Assembly: GCA_036172245.1 (NCBI GenBank)
Contig: JAYWIR010000032.1
Span: 1,736,001-1,800,000, forward strand
DNA: 64,000 bases
From: Raillietiella orientalis
Taxonomy: Eukaryota
Reading direction: 5' to 3'
Below, in pieces: positions 1-12,828 of the stretch (position 1 is its first letter; the number at the start of each line of letters is the position of its first letter). The translations under genes and the position numbers were made by a program. The notes below the pieces were generated by a model. It was given only the letters and a program-made list of their open reading frames with translations, was not told the origin of the DNA and did not search any database.

Positions 1-1194
1 AGTTTTCGTCATCTCGGTAGAGCACCTGCGTCACCTCGCGGGGAAGCTGCGCCGCTTCGCTCGAGCGTCGCGTCTAACCCCATTCCGGGACCTGCGGGAG
101 GGGGACTAGGGTCCGGGTCATTTGCATAATGGAACGGCGCGGTCAATCTCGATCCCTTCTTCGTGTCAAGGCGAGCAGCCTGCTTCCGATTCCACGTACG
201 AAAGTGATCCGCTCGCCATCTTCTGCGAAACCGCTTCTCGCTTTCACTTTGCCCGTGGAACTGAAAGCCGGCGACGGGGCCAATCGGGTGTCTCCCGTTC
301 TCCGGGGTATGAAACAGCCTGCCGCCTTTCTCGCTGCACCAAACACAGCGCCTGGGGGATGGGGGAGGGGGAGGGGGGAATTTGAAAAAAAAAAAAAAAA
401 AAAAAAAGTGAAAAGAAAGAAAGACAGAGTGGATGGGAGAAGCAGATCGAGGACTGGAGCGCAAGGCAACCTGATTCGGCCCAGCTGCGCAAAACGGCCT
501 TCGGGAAATTCGGATTTCATAATTTGCAAGGGAGAGAAAAGGAAAGTCACGAAATAATCGCAGGAGCAGCAGAAAAGGCCCTGAAGGAAGCGCTTCCAAG
601 AGAAATCCGACCGGGTGGTGGTGCAGCAGCAAAGGTTCCCGGAGATGCCGCCGGCAGGGCTTTCCGGAAGCGTCCGTCCCCCTCCCCCGTTTTCTCTACG
701 GCGGCGCCGGGCCGCTGAGCGCGCACTCGAAGCTCGGGAAGGTGTGTGTGGGCGCGCGCGCAACCCTCCCCCCCCCTTCCCTTCGACGATGCGCGCGAAG
801 TGCTTCCGGCAGTCCGGCGCGAAAACGATTGTCTGCGACAACCGGAAGCGGAGTTTCCGCCGGGAGAGATCCGCTCGAAGAAGTGTGTAATTGCTGCGTC
901 GACTCCCTTCCGAAAGAGTGGACGGATGAAACGAGGAGGCCTCGCACCGATCGGAGGGAGTTTTTGCCCACGAAGCTGTGCCCCACCAGTGGCCTTGCAC
1001 CCGACCACGTGCTTCGCGACGAATGCCGAAGAGATGTGAACGGCGATAGACATCTCGTCGGCCGCCGAGTCGCGTGCGCCGCGCCTTCCTGGAAGGACCG
1101 CTGCCTTCCAGCGGGCGCTGCACCGCCCCTCGCCGCCGCGCAGCCGGCGTAGGATGACTGGATTTGGCCACCCCGAGTCGTCATTTCTGGTAGC

Positions 1195-2460
1195 TCACCC
1201 GTGGATCTCCTGCCGTCCGAAGAACTGACATGTCTGGAGGCAGGAATCCTGGATTGCTACTCTGGGTGTGGTCCAGAGCAATTCTTGGCGGCCAGAAGAC
1301 GTCCGAGTTGGCGGATGCCGCTCGGCGTGCGCAGGCGTAGGGGCTCCTTCGATGCTCCGAACTGTCAGGTGTCTCCTCCTAAAGAACTTGTGGTCCCTCC
1401 TCCAGGGTTCTTCGCTGACCTCTGGAGGTATCCCGCAGGACTGGACGCAGTGGTCCCGAATAGCCGTCTCGCCCTTTGCCGCAGCACTGTCTGCCCTCAG
1501 GGCAAACGGTGACAGCAGCCAACGGCAGGGTGGGAGTTCTCCTGCATCACTGCAGGAGTCGAGAAACTCCTCGATGGCTGCAAGACGGACTCGTGGGCGG
1601 ACGCCGCCACGCCTCGTTTCCGGGTGAAGGGACTCGTTCGGTGCAGGAGCCAGCTCAGTAGCCCCCCTCGAAGAACTCGTGGTCCCTCTCCTGTGTGGTA
1701 TCTGCACGGTGGAAACGGGATTCCCTGCTGTTTCTGCCATAGGGACTCCAGTGCATTCAGCGCAGGCGCCTGTTTTCGGGGGGAGCTGCATCCCCAAACT
1801 GTTCCAGGCATCTGCTATTCGACTGGCGAGGTCCCCAGGAACTGTGACAGAGGCTGTTGTCAGCGCTGCTGCATCCGGAAGACGCCAGCAAGGACTTGCC
1901 GCAGAGATCCTTCGCACGTGGTGGTCAGCAGACGGACCCCGTGGCTGCCAGCCATGTGCTGGAGTTTCGGGAGCAGCGGCGGGTGGCCACAAGCTTGGAA
2001 GCCGCCTAAGGAGCAAGGCTGAGAGGCGTCTCCATCTCGGTGAAGTGGTCGCAATGAAGATTGCCAACATTCAGCTCCAGCTCTAGGAAGCAAAGGGTAG
2101 TCCATCCCAGGGAGGGCCCCCTGACCCTATCCTCCTTCGCTTTTTTTTCTTATTTACTGTCCCTTCCCCCCCTTCCCAGAGCAGACTCCTGAATGACTGA
2201 CCTGAGTATCAACAATCCTTCCCGGAGAGCTTTCTGTCTCCTTGGGAACTGGGTTCCCACTTCGTTTGTTCTTTTATGGAATAAACGTCCCAGCGTGACC
2301 ACGTGAAAAACCTTCCATTTGGGGAGAGAAGCGCCCCCCTTGCCGCAGCTCCCTAAGGAAGGAAAACGTCAGTTGCCTACTGTAGAGGCTGGGATTCATC
2401 CGCGAAGTTGCGTGCAACAGGAAATCTCTTGGTGGGCGGGCAACGGGGCAGTTCACCGAC
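1195..2460 (+). mobile_element. 5'-truncated, degenerate L1/Tx1-like LINE: ORF2 C-terminus, 3' UTR and terminal cassette (copy A)
   Basis: Translated pieces HPWISCRP, AALSALRANGDSSQ and RRLHLGEVVAMKIANIQLQL* align by eye with the better-preserved copy at 34182-35309 (TWISCRP, ATALFHLREHLGSSQ, RWSHLGHMRTELAGILERM*). T-rich UTR, AATAAA at 2280, terminal hairpin-like motif, degenerate antisense B-box at 2391. Confidence 0.7.
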
Positions 2461-2599
2461 TCTGCACTCTCCCCCCCCCAAGGACTGCTCCTCTGTGCCG
2501 AACTTTTGAACACTCCCCCGGAACATCTGTTGCTGCCCGCGGCAGTCGTGCATCCACGCTGCCCTTAGAGTGGCAGGAACCGGTGCGACACTGATGCTG

Positions 2600-3640
2600 C
2601 ACTGGGATCCCTCATGCAACACCCCCGGTATCATTGGTCCAGAGGGAAGGACTGAACCCAACTGCAGCAGAAGCAAACAAATCCAGTCCTTCCCTCATCT
2701 CCTTGTGGGAATGCGTAGGCGAGGTGGCTGCGTGCTCGATTCTCACCTGGGTGCGGCGGGGAGTTTATTTTCACAAACTTATTACAAAGCAAATTGCGAC
2801 TGGAACAGTGGTCCAACCACGCCCAATTTAAAATAAGCCTGCCAAGTCGCCGGTACGCAGACCGGCGCGGCTCACCACGGCAGCAGAGGGGGGGGGGGGG
2901 AAATAAAAAAAATAAAAAGTAAATACACTTTGGGGGGGTTCGGGAAGGGATCACTGCCCGCTGGTGGTACTCCGGTCCATCCTCTCTAGGATGCCGGCAA
3001 GCTCTTCCTGAATGCTGACTTCCAGGTGGGGCCATATCTTTGCCATCCTGATGAATTGGACAGTGAAATGGATGGCATCCTTGTAGCTGGGTCCTCCCGT
3101 TGCTTTGCTCCAGGTTGCGACGATCCCGCGTAAGCAGCACAAGGCTGCAAGGGAGGCCGCTGGCCGAAGGGCGTTGCGAACGAAGAGGGGCTTAGAAGCG
3201 TTTCTGGAGTTGCCTCCGGGGTTCCCAGGGCCGCAGCAAAGAGTTCCCAGGGGGGCCAGAGGGCAATACAGTCTAACAACAGGTGGGGGAGGGATTCCCT
3301 ACACATGTTTGTTTGTTTTCAGATAAACGCCCCGGCGTACCCGGGTGTCAAAACAGCGCCGACTGCTGCCGTTCCAGGGGGAGGGTGCGGTTGTTCCTGA
3401 GTACTTCAGGTGCTCCACCGGAACGTCCAATAGCTCGCCCCAGTGCGAGAGTCCGTGGGGCGATGTACTCGGGGTCGCAGCGTCGGAGAGCTGGCCCGTC
3501 TTCCACTCGCCCAATTCTTTCTCCTTTCTGGAGACGCTGAGTGCTCGAAAGCCAGCGGCGACTGCCGAGGACACGTCGGTGGCTCCACCGTTCACTTGTG
3601 TTCGCCCGTTCCCTTGTTGAGAATGCCGACATCGGCTCCT
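2600..3640 (-). mobile_element. Degenerate L1/Tx1-like LINE 3' end (copy B)
   Basis: Minus-strand WKTGQLSDAATPSTSPHGLSHWGELL, CRESLPHLLLDCIALW (CCHC/zf-RVT-like) and WPHLEVSIQEELAGILERM. The 3' UTR hairpins lie at 2745-2885. Confidence 0.8.
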
Positions 3641-3689
3641 CGAAAGATTTTCCTCCAGGGGCAGGAAGGGAGGGAGGGGAGGCAGGCAA

Positions 3690-4178
3690 GAGGGAACTAC
3701 TTACAGCCGACATACTTCAGGGGGCGCAAAGGACGTTCCGCAGCAAACCGGGATCCCTTCCCGCCGTTGTCCCTGAAGGCTTTGCATCTGTCCCTTTTTT
3801 TTTATATTCTCCTCGTTTGCTTTCCCCTCCTCTCCGTCTCCGAGGCAACGCCTTTCCGCACGGGCACCCGGGTCTGCTCTTGAGCGAGCGACAATGCGGA
3901 TACGGCAGGACGGCGCGCCCTTCTGCTCCACCCCTTCCCGCGGGCTCCTCGTCCACAACGAACGCCCCGGAGAGACCGGGTGAGCGGAGGCGTTCGGTGG
4001 GCGTTCGCTCGCGCACGCGGAAGGCTGCGACCCGCAGCTGGTGAGGTGGCCTCCGTTCGCCGTTCCGGCTTCTGCAGAGGACACCACGGAAAGCGGGATT
4101 CCGCAGCCAGCAGGCAGGTGGAGAGGTTTCTTGGGAGGTGGTTGCCCAGAGACCGGGCGTTGGGTTTGCTCGGCGTTT
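3690..4178 (+). mobile_element. LINE 3'-terminal segment (copy C), about 98% identical to 26274-26762
   Basis: Colinear 489-bp match with constant offset 22584 and about 10 substitutions counted by eye. ELLTADILQGAQRTFRS resembles ELAGIFTGVQRTPSS. Terminal hairpin gccccggagagaccgggtg. Confidence 0.85.
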
Positions 4179-4299
4179 CCATCATGGGGTCGCCACGAAC
4201 GCGTAGCAGCACGAGGTGGCCTTGCGGGTGTGCTGGAGACAGGGATTTCCGGAAGAGAAGGGAGGAGCACTCTCAGTCCGTTGCATCCATCTTGGAAGA

Positions 4300-5450
4300 T
4301 GAGTGCTGAGGTCGGCAATTCCGATCCATGTCTCTACCATGCTGAAGGACAGGTCATGAGGATCCGCATGGCTGCGCGTTGAATTTGAGCGCAGCAGAGC
4401 AGCTTCAGTCCTGGTTCCCTCAGGAACCAGGACTTTGGTCCCGGGTCTGCGAGATCTGCCGGAGCTCTCAGAGAGGCGTGTGGTCCGCGGCGGAGCGCAG
4501 GAGGAGCTCCGCCTGACGGCATCCGGATCCTCCTTGCTCGGCGGCTTTCGCGAGCGCCATCTCCTAGATTTCAAGGAAAGCAGAGCTCAGCTGTCTCCTG
4601 ATGGAACCGGGCCTCCGGAAGGAGCAGGGCAGGGAGTCCCGGATACGAATCGCCTGGTTCTAAGCGAGAAATCCCAACTCTTGCTGATCGCTTTCCTGCC
4701 GCTCTGGACTTAGGTCATGCATCTTGGTCTTAAGGCGAGAACGCCGCAAGCAGTGACTTAAGATGTGCGGCGGTGCCACGCCCCGCACCCAACCACGAGT
4801 TGGCTGAAGGAGGAGCTGGCATGAATTTTGTATCGGCTGGGCACCGCCTTCGAGCTGGCGCTGAGCCAAACGCACGTGTCAACGCTGGAAAGCAGAAAGG
4901 TTTGGACCGTACCTCACACTGCATTCTCCCACCCATCCACCCCCAGAGATGGCTCCTCGACTGCGCACGCTGACACCATGCCAAAGAGACATCTGGGACG
5001 GCCCGTTTTGGTGCCACCGAGCCGGCTACGCGGAGTGTCCGACGACGATGGAAGAGCCGGAGTCTCAGAGTCGCCTGTCGAGACGCCTAAGGGCAGGGAC
5101 TCTCGCCCGCAGCTGCAGGAGTGGATGTCGACCTCTTTTCGGAGTCGAGCTGGGAACCTCTCTTTAACAAAGGGACCTCTGATCCCGTCCTGTCCATGCG
5201 GAGCGTACGAAGGGAGCTGCCGTTCGTCTCGCTGGACCAGAGGAGGGAAGCTCATGCTGCGACGGGAGGGAGGAGATGATGGCGGGATGGCAAAGGCAGT
5301 AGCGGGCTCTTTCCTTGGATGCCCCTCAGGATGGGATGCGAATGCCTCCCTGGAAACGCCTCGATCACCGAAGAGTAGGCATTTGCGGAGGAATCCCGGA
5401 AACCGCGGCATCACGCCTCTCAGGAGACAATTCCGTGGAGATGGTGGAGG
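4300..5450 (-). mobile_element. Degenerate LINE reverse-transcriptase remnant (domains ~1-3)
   Basis: Frameshifted VPLLKRG..D (compare LIPKKG..D) and downstream RT-like residues. Local inverted similarity to 14560-14720. Confidence 0.5.
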
Positions 5451-6749
5451 GCTATAGAAAAAGAGGCAGAGGCAGATGAACGAAAGGGATGGTGCACCGC
5501 CATTGAGAAGAAATGACCCTGGTTGAGATCTCTCGTTCATCTTCCCCGTTTCCCACCTCCCTCATTACCTGCGGCGGAAGATCGTGGGCGTTCCTACCAA
5601 GCACCACCTTCAACATGATCACGAGCAGCTCCGCTACCATCAGCATCAGAGCCAGAATCACTGTCTGCCGAGCAGCTGGAAGTCCTCGACCACAAGCAAC
5701 AGTTCCGGAAGGATAAGGATACGAAATGGTTCCTTTTTCATGTGTCATTCTGGAATCGATTCCCGTAGGGACAGAGAGTCCAGGAATGCAGAAATCCGAG
5801 CTCCTCTTGTCGCTAGGGAGCTACATCCTGGAATATCTCTGGAGGAGGACTGGATCCCCCCTTGATGATCTCGTAGTCTGCAGCGTTTTGTCTTCTCCTC
5901 CGCGTCGCACTGTGCGGGACGACCACCTCCCTTCTTTCCACACCCCCACGCTTCCGGTCGGCTCCTTCGAGGTCTCTTTTGCAAGACAGAAGAGAACTCG
6001 AAGGCGAAGGGTCCAGAGGCACCCTTGTCTTGTACACTAAGAAGGCGTGAACCCAGACGACTGCAGGACGGAAGAGGAAGATCGCGGCAATCTGAGAGGT
6101 GACGAGATGACGTGCAGCAGGGATCCGGAAAAAGTCTGCGTGGGTAGGAGAAGAGGATCGGTTCCGTTCTGCGCTCGGCCGCCAGCACTGCCACCAGCAG
6201 TATCCACACCATTGCCACGGCGACCACCATCATCTCCACCATCTTCATCGCTACCATCCTCACTGCTCCACTGTCGCTCCTTCCAGCCCCGCGCGTGGGT
6301 CTCTGCCGCTGTCCCCGAGAAACTGGCAGCTCGCCATCCTCTTACATCTCTCCTCTTGAGTTTTTTTCCAGGAATTTCCCCCAGGGATCATTTATTCCGC
6401 CTCCATAGATAACAGCTCATTCCTCGTTGCCCTTCTTGCAGGAGGCGACTCCCTCTTTCCTCCTCTGCTGCTCCCCACCAGCAGCGAGGGAAAAACTATC
6501 AATGGTCGTCTCTTCTGCTTCCGCCCTCCTGCGTCTGCGCCACCCCCTCCTCCCGATCAGAGTCCTTTTGACCTCAGTCCGGCCATTCTGTGGCGGGCAA
6601 ACCGGTCTTTTGGGTCCCTGGAAGCTAGAGATCCCTCGCCAGGTCCCCAACCGGCAGCAGCTCTGGGGTCTTCCAGTCTTTAGCATCCAGGCAAAGGGTT
6701 CACGGGCTGCTGCGACGTGCCATTGTCTTCTGTTGATGCTTGACTTTTA

Positions 6750-7300
6750 TTTTTCATGTTTTTGATTGGCGTCCGATTTCCCCCCTCCCCCTTGCTGGCA
6801 GCTCTTTGCCGCCGGTCTCCTCGCCTCCACCGAGCAGCTCATCTTTCTCCAAGGAAGAGCCTATCCAAGACTGCCGCTCAGGGAGACAGAGCATCGGCGC
6901 CGTGGGGCACCTCCATCGCCTCTCTGAAGGTCTATTTTTACTCTTCCGAGTGCGTCCTTGGACTTTTCGGGTAGTCAGTCCTCCCGCGCTTTTGACGGAC
7001 CTGAAAGACGTTCGTTCCTCTCTTCGGTTTCGGGAGTCCCTCCTAGGGGAATCACAAGTGCCGTACTGCGCTTCAGACGATGAAGCAGCTCTCCCTCTTT
7101 CTTCACTTCCCCACATCCCCTCTGTTATTTTCATGAGAAAACAATGGCAGTCGCCAGCCAGCAGGATGATGATGGATGACCCCAAGCCTCTCGGACTGAC
7201 CCACTCGGAGGGAAGCTTTCCTCCTAATTCTTCCGCACGGGGTCATGCCCTGTCCTCGCTAATAATTCCCGGGGAAACAGGCGCCAATGCCACCCCCTGA
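6750..7300 (-). mobile_element. Degenerate APE endonuclease remnant of LINE ORF2
   Basis: SSIIILLAGDCHC resembles the IILGGDFN motif. It lies upstream of the minus-strand RT and 3'-end pieces, consistent with one decayed element. Confidence 0.55.
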
Positions 7301-8699
7301 CGGTACACGGTGCGGCAGCAACCCAATACTCACCAGCTACTGGAGCGCAGAGTCCCGTTTGCCCCGTGTTGGCTCCACGGCGGACGGAGTCGCCCCGAGA
7401 ACCAGCTGATGCCGTTCTTCCAAGAACAGGCAGGGGACGCGTGTCCTCCGCAGTAGCCAGCTTGCACTCCGCCCGCGGCCACGTGCTGGAGCAATTTCCT
7501 CCGGGGTCGCTCCGGAGTCGGGAAGATACTTTCGTCCGGGGCAGTTCCCCTAGTGACGGAGAGTGACCCCCCCCAGCTACGGAAATTATTTTTATCTGTT
7601 TGCACGTTGTCCCTTCCGGCGACGAAACACGGACCTCGCCTCCCGCACACGGACCGTCGCCGAGGAATTTCCTCTTCGGGAATACGAGTCTGGCAGAGCG
7701 TCCCTCCCGCTCACGAGGGTTCTCTCGCGTGCAGAGTGCGCCAATCTGTGGCTCAGCAGCCCCGGAGGAGAGGCACTAGCTGCCTCGGATCCCACTGCTC
7801 CCTTTTTCGCCTCGAGAGCGCCACCTCCTTCACCCAGGGAGAGGGGGAAAGCAGCCCCTGGGGTTCCGGACCGAAGCCGCCGTCCAGTCCCTCGCCGCGT
7901 TCTCCACAGGGAGGTCTCCCCACTCCACACGGCGCGTTCCTCTCGCCTGACTGGCGGCGGTGCATCTCACGCAGGAAAAGAGGAGGCCTTTGCGGTGAAG
8001 ACCTCGCAGACCCGAAGATGGTCTTTAGGTGCCTCCGCAATTAAGAGTCCTTGAGGAGGAGCGTTGGGACGATAAGTGCAATCAAACACCGGCGGGCGGT
8101 CGTAATTAGAAACGGCATTGAATGCAGCAGGTTCGGACAGAGGGAAGCTTCTTTGCTCTTCCGAGAGCCTGAAGGGACGCGCCGAAGGATGGAGAGGACT
8201 ACTGGAACTGCATCCTCGCGGCACACATTTCGTATTCCTCGAACTGCACGTACAGTACAGCCACAAACACATACCCTTTTTCGCAGCAAGTAAAAACGAT
8301 TTCCTCTTCTTATCCCGCCCCTGAATGCGTTGATGGGTGGTCAGGATCGTCGCCAGATTCATTGCCATGACAGGAAGCCACTATCAACCAACTAACTGTT
8401 GTTTTCCGTCGTTAACCCTCACTTTCGACACGCTGATCGATTTCGCTTGTAGTTTTATACATTGGACAGAGTTTTCTACATTGGACTTCAGCCGAGAGTA
8501 CCTTCTGGAGCGCAGTCGTTGTCGAAAAAGAAAGAGCAGCAAATCGAAGGTTATTTTGAAAGGGAAGCTAAGTAATGGGGAATTCGTTTTAAAGAATAGA
8601 TTTTTGAGAATGAATCACAAAGGTGAGTGTCTTCACAAGTCTCCAGAGCTAAAGCAATACAAAATCAGGCTATGACTCAATGTATGGAAACGGAATCCC

Positions 8700-8900
8700 C
8701 TCAGTTTGGTGAGGTAGGTGAGTTCCAGTGAATAAGGTTAGAGGTTATGTTAGGTGATGTAGGTGTGGGTAGTTGAGATAGATTAATTGAGATAGGATAA
8801 ATTAAGTAGATTAAGCGCATAGGCTAAATTGGGTGTGCCTCGATGATGTAGGTTTGGTCAGGTGCTGTGTGTGCCTGTCCGTTCGATTCGGTCGGGTTGT
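8700..8900 (+). repeat. Degenerate TAGG/TTAGG-like low-complexity tract
   Basis: aggttagaggttatgttaggtgatgtagg...gataggataaattaagtagattaag; strongly G/T-skewed. Confidence 0.5.
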
Positions 8901-10761
8901 CTTTTTGTAGGTGCTTTGAATAGTGTTCTAATTTAGAGATTACTAACACAGTTGTGGAAAATTTGCAGCAGCTGCAATGTGTATCTTCCTACTACTACAT
9001 CTACTAATGATTAGAGTAAGGCGGATTCCTCTCTTGAACTAAGAAGAATGACTTAGCCTGCCTAAGAGCGATAGTAATTGAGCTCAGAAACACTCAAGAG
9101 ATCCGAACATTTAGAAGGAAACTCCCATCCAATTCATTTCTGGGTGCCTCCTGGAGTTGTAGGCTTCTTTCCGAGTTCCGTGCGGAGGGTTTGCAGCTCC
9201 TTCCCAGATCTCTCGCTGCTGGGTAAAAGGAACCGGGACGCGACCCGCGAGGCTGTCGGGCGTGCAAGCGGCCACCTCGGTTGCCTTGCCACGTAGGAGG
9301 AGGAGGAGGAGAAAGAGCTGCGCGAGGCCAACGAGCGCCAAGGTTAAAGAGGATGAATCAACAGGGAAAATCTGAGGAGACCGCAGCGGCTGACGGGTGC
9401 ACCCGCTGAACTGCTGCCAGAGACCTCTGTGATCCCTGCCGCCTCCTGATGCCTCGGGAAACGCGGCCCCCTTTATCGAGGGAGGCTCGCTCTGTCTGGC
9501 AGCGAGGATGGCGGTCATGGAAACCTCAGTCGCGCTCCAGGGTGATAACCATGTTGAAAATGCAGCCGGGATGCTGGTGCCTCTGCCAAAACCTTTACCA
9601 CGGAGTCCTTCCTCGGAACTAGAGGCACTACTGCCATCCAGACTCGGGAGTTCCCCTGCAATTGCTTTGGGTGGGCTTCCGGAAGATCCGCCCAGCTGCC
9701 ACCTACCGCGTCGTAGTGATAAGTGTGAGGACGACGCAGCGGAGCGAGCAGCTTCATCCCCTGTTGACAGAGCTACTACAACCGCAGAAGAACTCATGAA
9801 AGAGAAGCAGACAAGGCGCTTAATCCGGCATTGACCACCACCTTCTCATTCCCAGAACTATGGCCCGGAGGCGCGGCATTTCCCTTAGACTTAATTGGCA
9901 AGCAGATGCTGAAGACTTTTTTCAAACGAAGAAGAGTGTACACACATGTAGCCGCTTGGCGACCAAGTCCAGAAGGCGTTTCCAGGGAGTCCCATCCCAT
10001 CCTGAGGAACTCGTCACTGCTGTTAGGGAAGAGCCCTCTGCTGTCCTTGCCGTCCCGCCATCATCACTCGTGCGCCGCAGCGGGGGTGTCAGCTTCTCTC
10101 TTCTGGTCTAGCGAAATGCACGGCCACTGCCTTTGTCAGCTCCGCATCCCTCGACAGGGGAAAAAGACGGGCTTCCGCCCAGTGTAACCCCGCAAGAGGT
10201 CGACATCTGCCCCTACCGAGCCAGGTGGAGTCCCTGCTCACAGGGCGACATGTTCCGAGACGCCGGCTCTCCATTCCTCGGTGGCGTGCTGCCATCGTCG
10301 TGTTTTCCCTTTGGAGATGCGGCGTTGCCTTGGGATCACGCCTTCAGCGACGCCTGGTAGCGGAGGCGGCAATTCCGCACCATCCCAAGATCTTCACCAT
10401 TCAAAGACCTGCCAGACGAACTGATGGGCGGAGCGAAGGATTTCTTCTTCTCGAGCAGAGCCGCACGTTAGCAAACGAGCGGACAGGAGGAAGCGAAGAC
10501 GCTCAACATCCTCTTCCGCGACAGGAATGTCGGCGTTTGGTCACCTCACCTCGAAACTGTAAGCCAGAAAGCGGGCGGGAACCGCGTAGGTCAGGTTTAC
10601 CCTTGTCAGGTCAGGTCCAACCAGAGCATGCTGCATGGATGATTACTGAGGGTAGTGCCACGTGGATGGCCGAGGTCTGTTGAACCTGCTTTGGATTACT
10701 TGCCTGCTTTTCATTTGCTCAACAGGTTCACAACAGAGAATTGTTTTTTTTTTCCCTTTTT

Positions 10762-10840
10762 ATCTCAAGGATATTCGAGGGATATAAGCGGATATCTGAA
10801 GGATATAAAGCGAGATCTCAAGGATATAAACTGAGATCCT
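10762..10840 (+). repeat. 21-bp minisatellite, about 3.5 copies
   Basis: agggatataagcggatatctg / aaggatataaagcgagatctc / aaggatataaactgagatcct. Confidence 0.85.
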
Positions 10841-11519
10841 CGGCAACCCTCGGGGTTGTCGAGGACCGCAGTTTCCTGCACAGCGGCTTCGAGTCGGACG
10901 CATCCAGCTGGAGACTATCCATCATCTTTGCTCATCGTCTTTGCTTCGCCCCGTGTTTCCCAGTATCCCGATACCACCCATCGTTCTTGGAAATGCTGTT
11001 TCCCCTTTGAGAACCCCCTGATACTATTGGCACCTGAAGCTCATTTCAAGGTCCAGATGGTCTGAAAAAGACCTTGAATCGGTTCCCTGTTCCCGGAGAC
11101 CGGAAGGATCCAAGCAAATTCCTAGTTGACCCGCAGTCCAGCACCAACAGTTGAGTAGTGATCTGGCATTCTCGCATCCCACTCCTCGGTCGAAATTTCC
11201 ATCAATTTCGTGATCGTGACCTCAGTCAGAAGCGCTGAAATTCCTGGAGGATGGATGTGGTGCGACTCTGGCTTCAGCAGAGTGCTGGCGAGTTCAGCCA
11301 CAGATGGAGGGAGGTGGCCTCACAACGTAACAACGTGCTTGCTGCGTGCTCAGGACCGTAGGGAAAAGTAAAATGAAAGCGTCCACGTTTCTTCGGCTTC
11401 CCAGCAGAAGCATCTAAAGGTAAGAGGTTTCTGCGTGTTCCATGAAGTGGAATGGCAGGACAATGGACATCTTTTGAGTTCTTTTTCTGCCTTTGCTGTT
11501 TTCCTATCAGCTTTTTTTT

Positions 11520-12060
11520 TTTTCCGGGTTTTCTGTTCTTTGGTTCATTAAGTACCTCAAGAGCCGTCGCGTCTCCCATGCATCTCTTTAAACACCGTTC
11601 CATGCCAGCCGAGGGTGCGTGTAATTCCTCAAGATAGGAGGTGACCCGAGAGAGATCCGCCCTATGAATCTCGGAAGGGATCCTCGGAAGGGTCCGCTTC
11701 ATTTTTCCTTCTCTGGAGGGAACCCTCAAGGGAACCGCTCCTGTTTACTCTTCTAGAGAGAACTCCGCAGGGACGCTTCCTAATTTTCTCAGAAGGGCGC
11801 TGCTTCCCCGAAGGGAGCGGCACGCTTCTTCGCACTCTCTGGAGAGGTGGTGACACACCTATTCCATCAGTACGACGCGGAGGGTCCCCACACTGGGGGG
11901 TCCGCTCCTCCAATATCTGGAGAGACGGAGACACACCTATACCATCGGTGCGACGCGGGAGGTCCCCACATTGAGGCGTCCGCCCCTTCCCACAACCGGA
12001 GCGGGAACTCTACACTCCTTGATTACTGGAAGGACCAGGAGGTCGACTCCCATTTGTCCC
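11520..12060 (+). repeat. Unclassified dispersed repeat 'unit B' with ~40-45-nt subrepeats
   Basis: Shares GAGGGTGC..TCAAG.TAGG..CCTATGAA and repeated tctgga-gggaaccc-aaggga units with copies at about 12980-13450(-), 19120-19350(+), 35850-36330(+), 41950-42380(-) and 53290-53720(+). Contains a 78-bp tandem duplication at 11837-11990. Confidence 0.75.
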
Positions 12061-12139
12061 GATCTTCATCGGAGGCATCCGGTTCGAACAGTTACCAGTG
12101 CCGCCGCACCCGAATGAATGTAGGCCAACCAGAGTCATC

Positions 12140-12320
12140 TCGCGGAAGTAACTCGAACCCATGACGCACGCACTGCGTCGCTTTCTTTCGCACTATTCGA
12201 ACCCATGCCATTCGGTACAACGCGCGGAGACCACCGTAATCACAAAGCCTCCGACGCGTGCAAAACCACCACCCACACTCTCTGAGCATTGAGAGAGTGC
12301 GGACCATTTCCCCGTGAATG
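12140..12320 (-). mobile_element. Fragments of a tRNA-derived Pol III (SINE-like) head
   Basis: Two minus-strand B-box-like motifs (gggttcgagt near 12151, gggttcgaat near 12196). Context similar to 43140-43200. Confidence 0.55.
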
Positions 12321-12828
12321 CGACAGAGGCGCTGCTGCAACTTGCAAGGCGACCGCACTTTACCATCACTGCAGCCAAGGATGCAGCGGAAGGCCAGAGT
12401 TCAGAGAACATTGAGAGAACGCACTGGTAATCTTCTTGCAGAGAGTGGTCCCAATTTCTGGCACCTTCTGAATGAAAGACAGTGCAAATCTCAAACAAAG
12501 GGAGAAGCAAAAAAAAAGCGTAAACAAAAAACGGAATCGCAGGAGGTGGACTATTGGTATGCGCGAAGGAGGTGGGACACGACTCGTGAGATTAGCCGCC
12601 CAAGCGTGCAAGAAGTCCAACAGCTTTGGGACGTTTCTCCAAGCTACAGAATGGGGACTCATTGCTACCCCTTCGTGAAGGAGCGAGAAAGTCAGAAAAG
12701 AGATGTGCCCGACGAACGATCCTTGGCGAGAAGCAGCAGCACGGCGCTAGAGCATGCCCGAGGACGGCGCTCGAGGTCGGTTTCTGCCGACTTCGGGAAG
12801 CCAATATCCTCCTCTCGGATCATTGTTG

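Noticed and set aside
1..1190. Long overlapping ORFs (e.g. 143-1171, 342 aa)
   Set aside because: Low-complexity Arg/Pro/Gly/Ser translations expected from high GC, with no recognisable domain.
8412..8420. piggyBac-like end TTAACCCTC
   Set aside because: No matching inverted end or transposase found.
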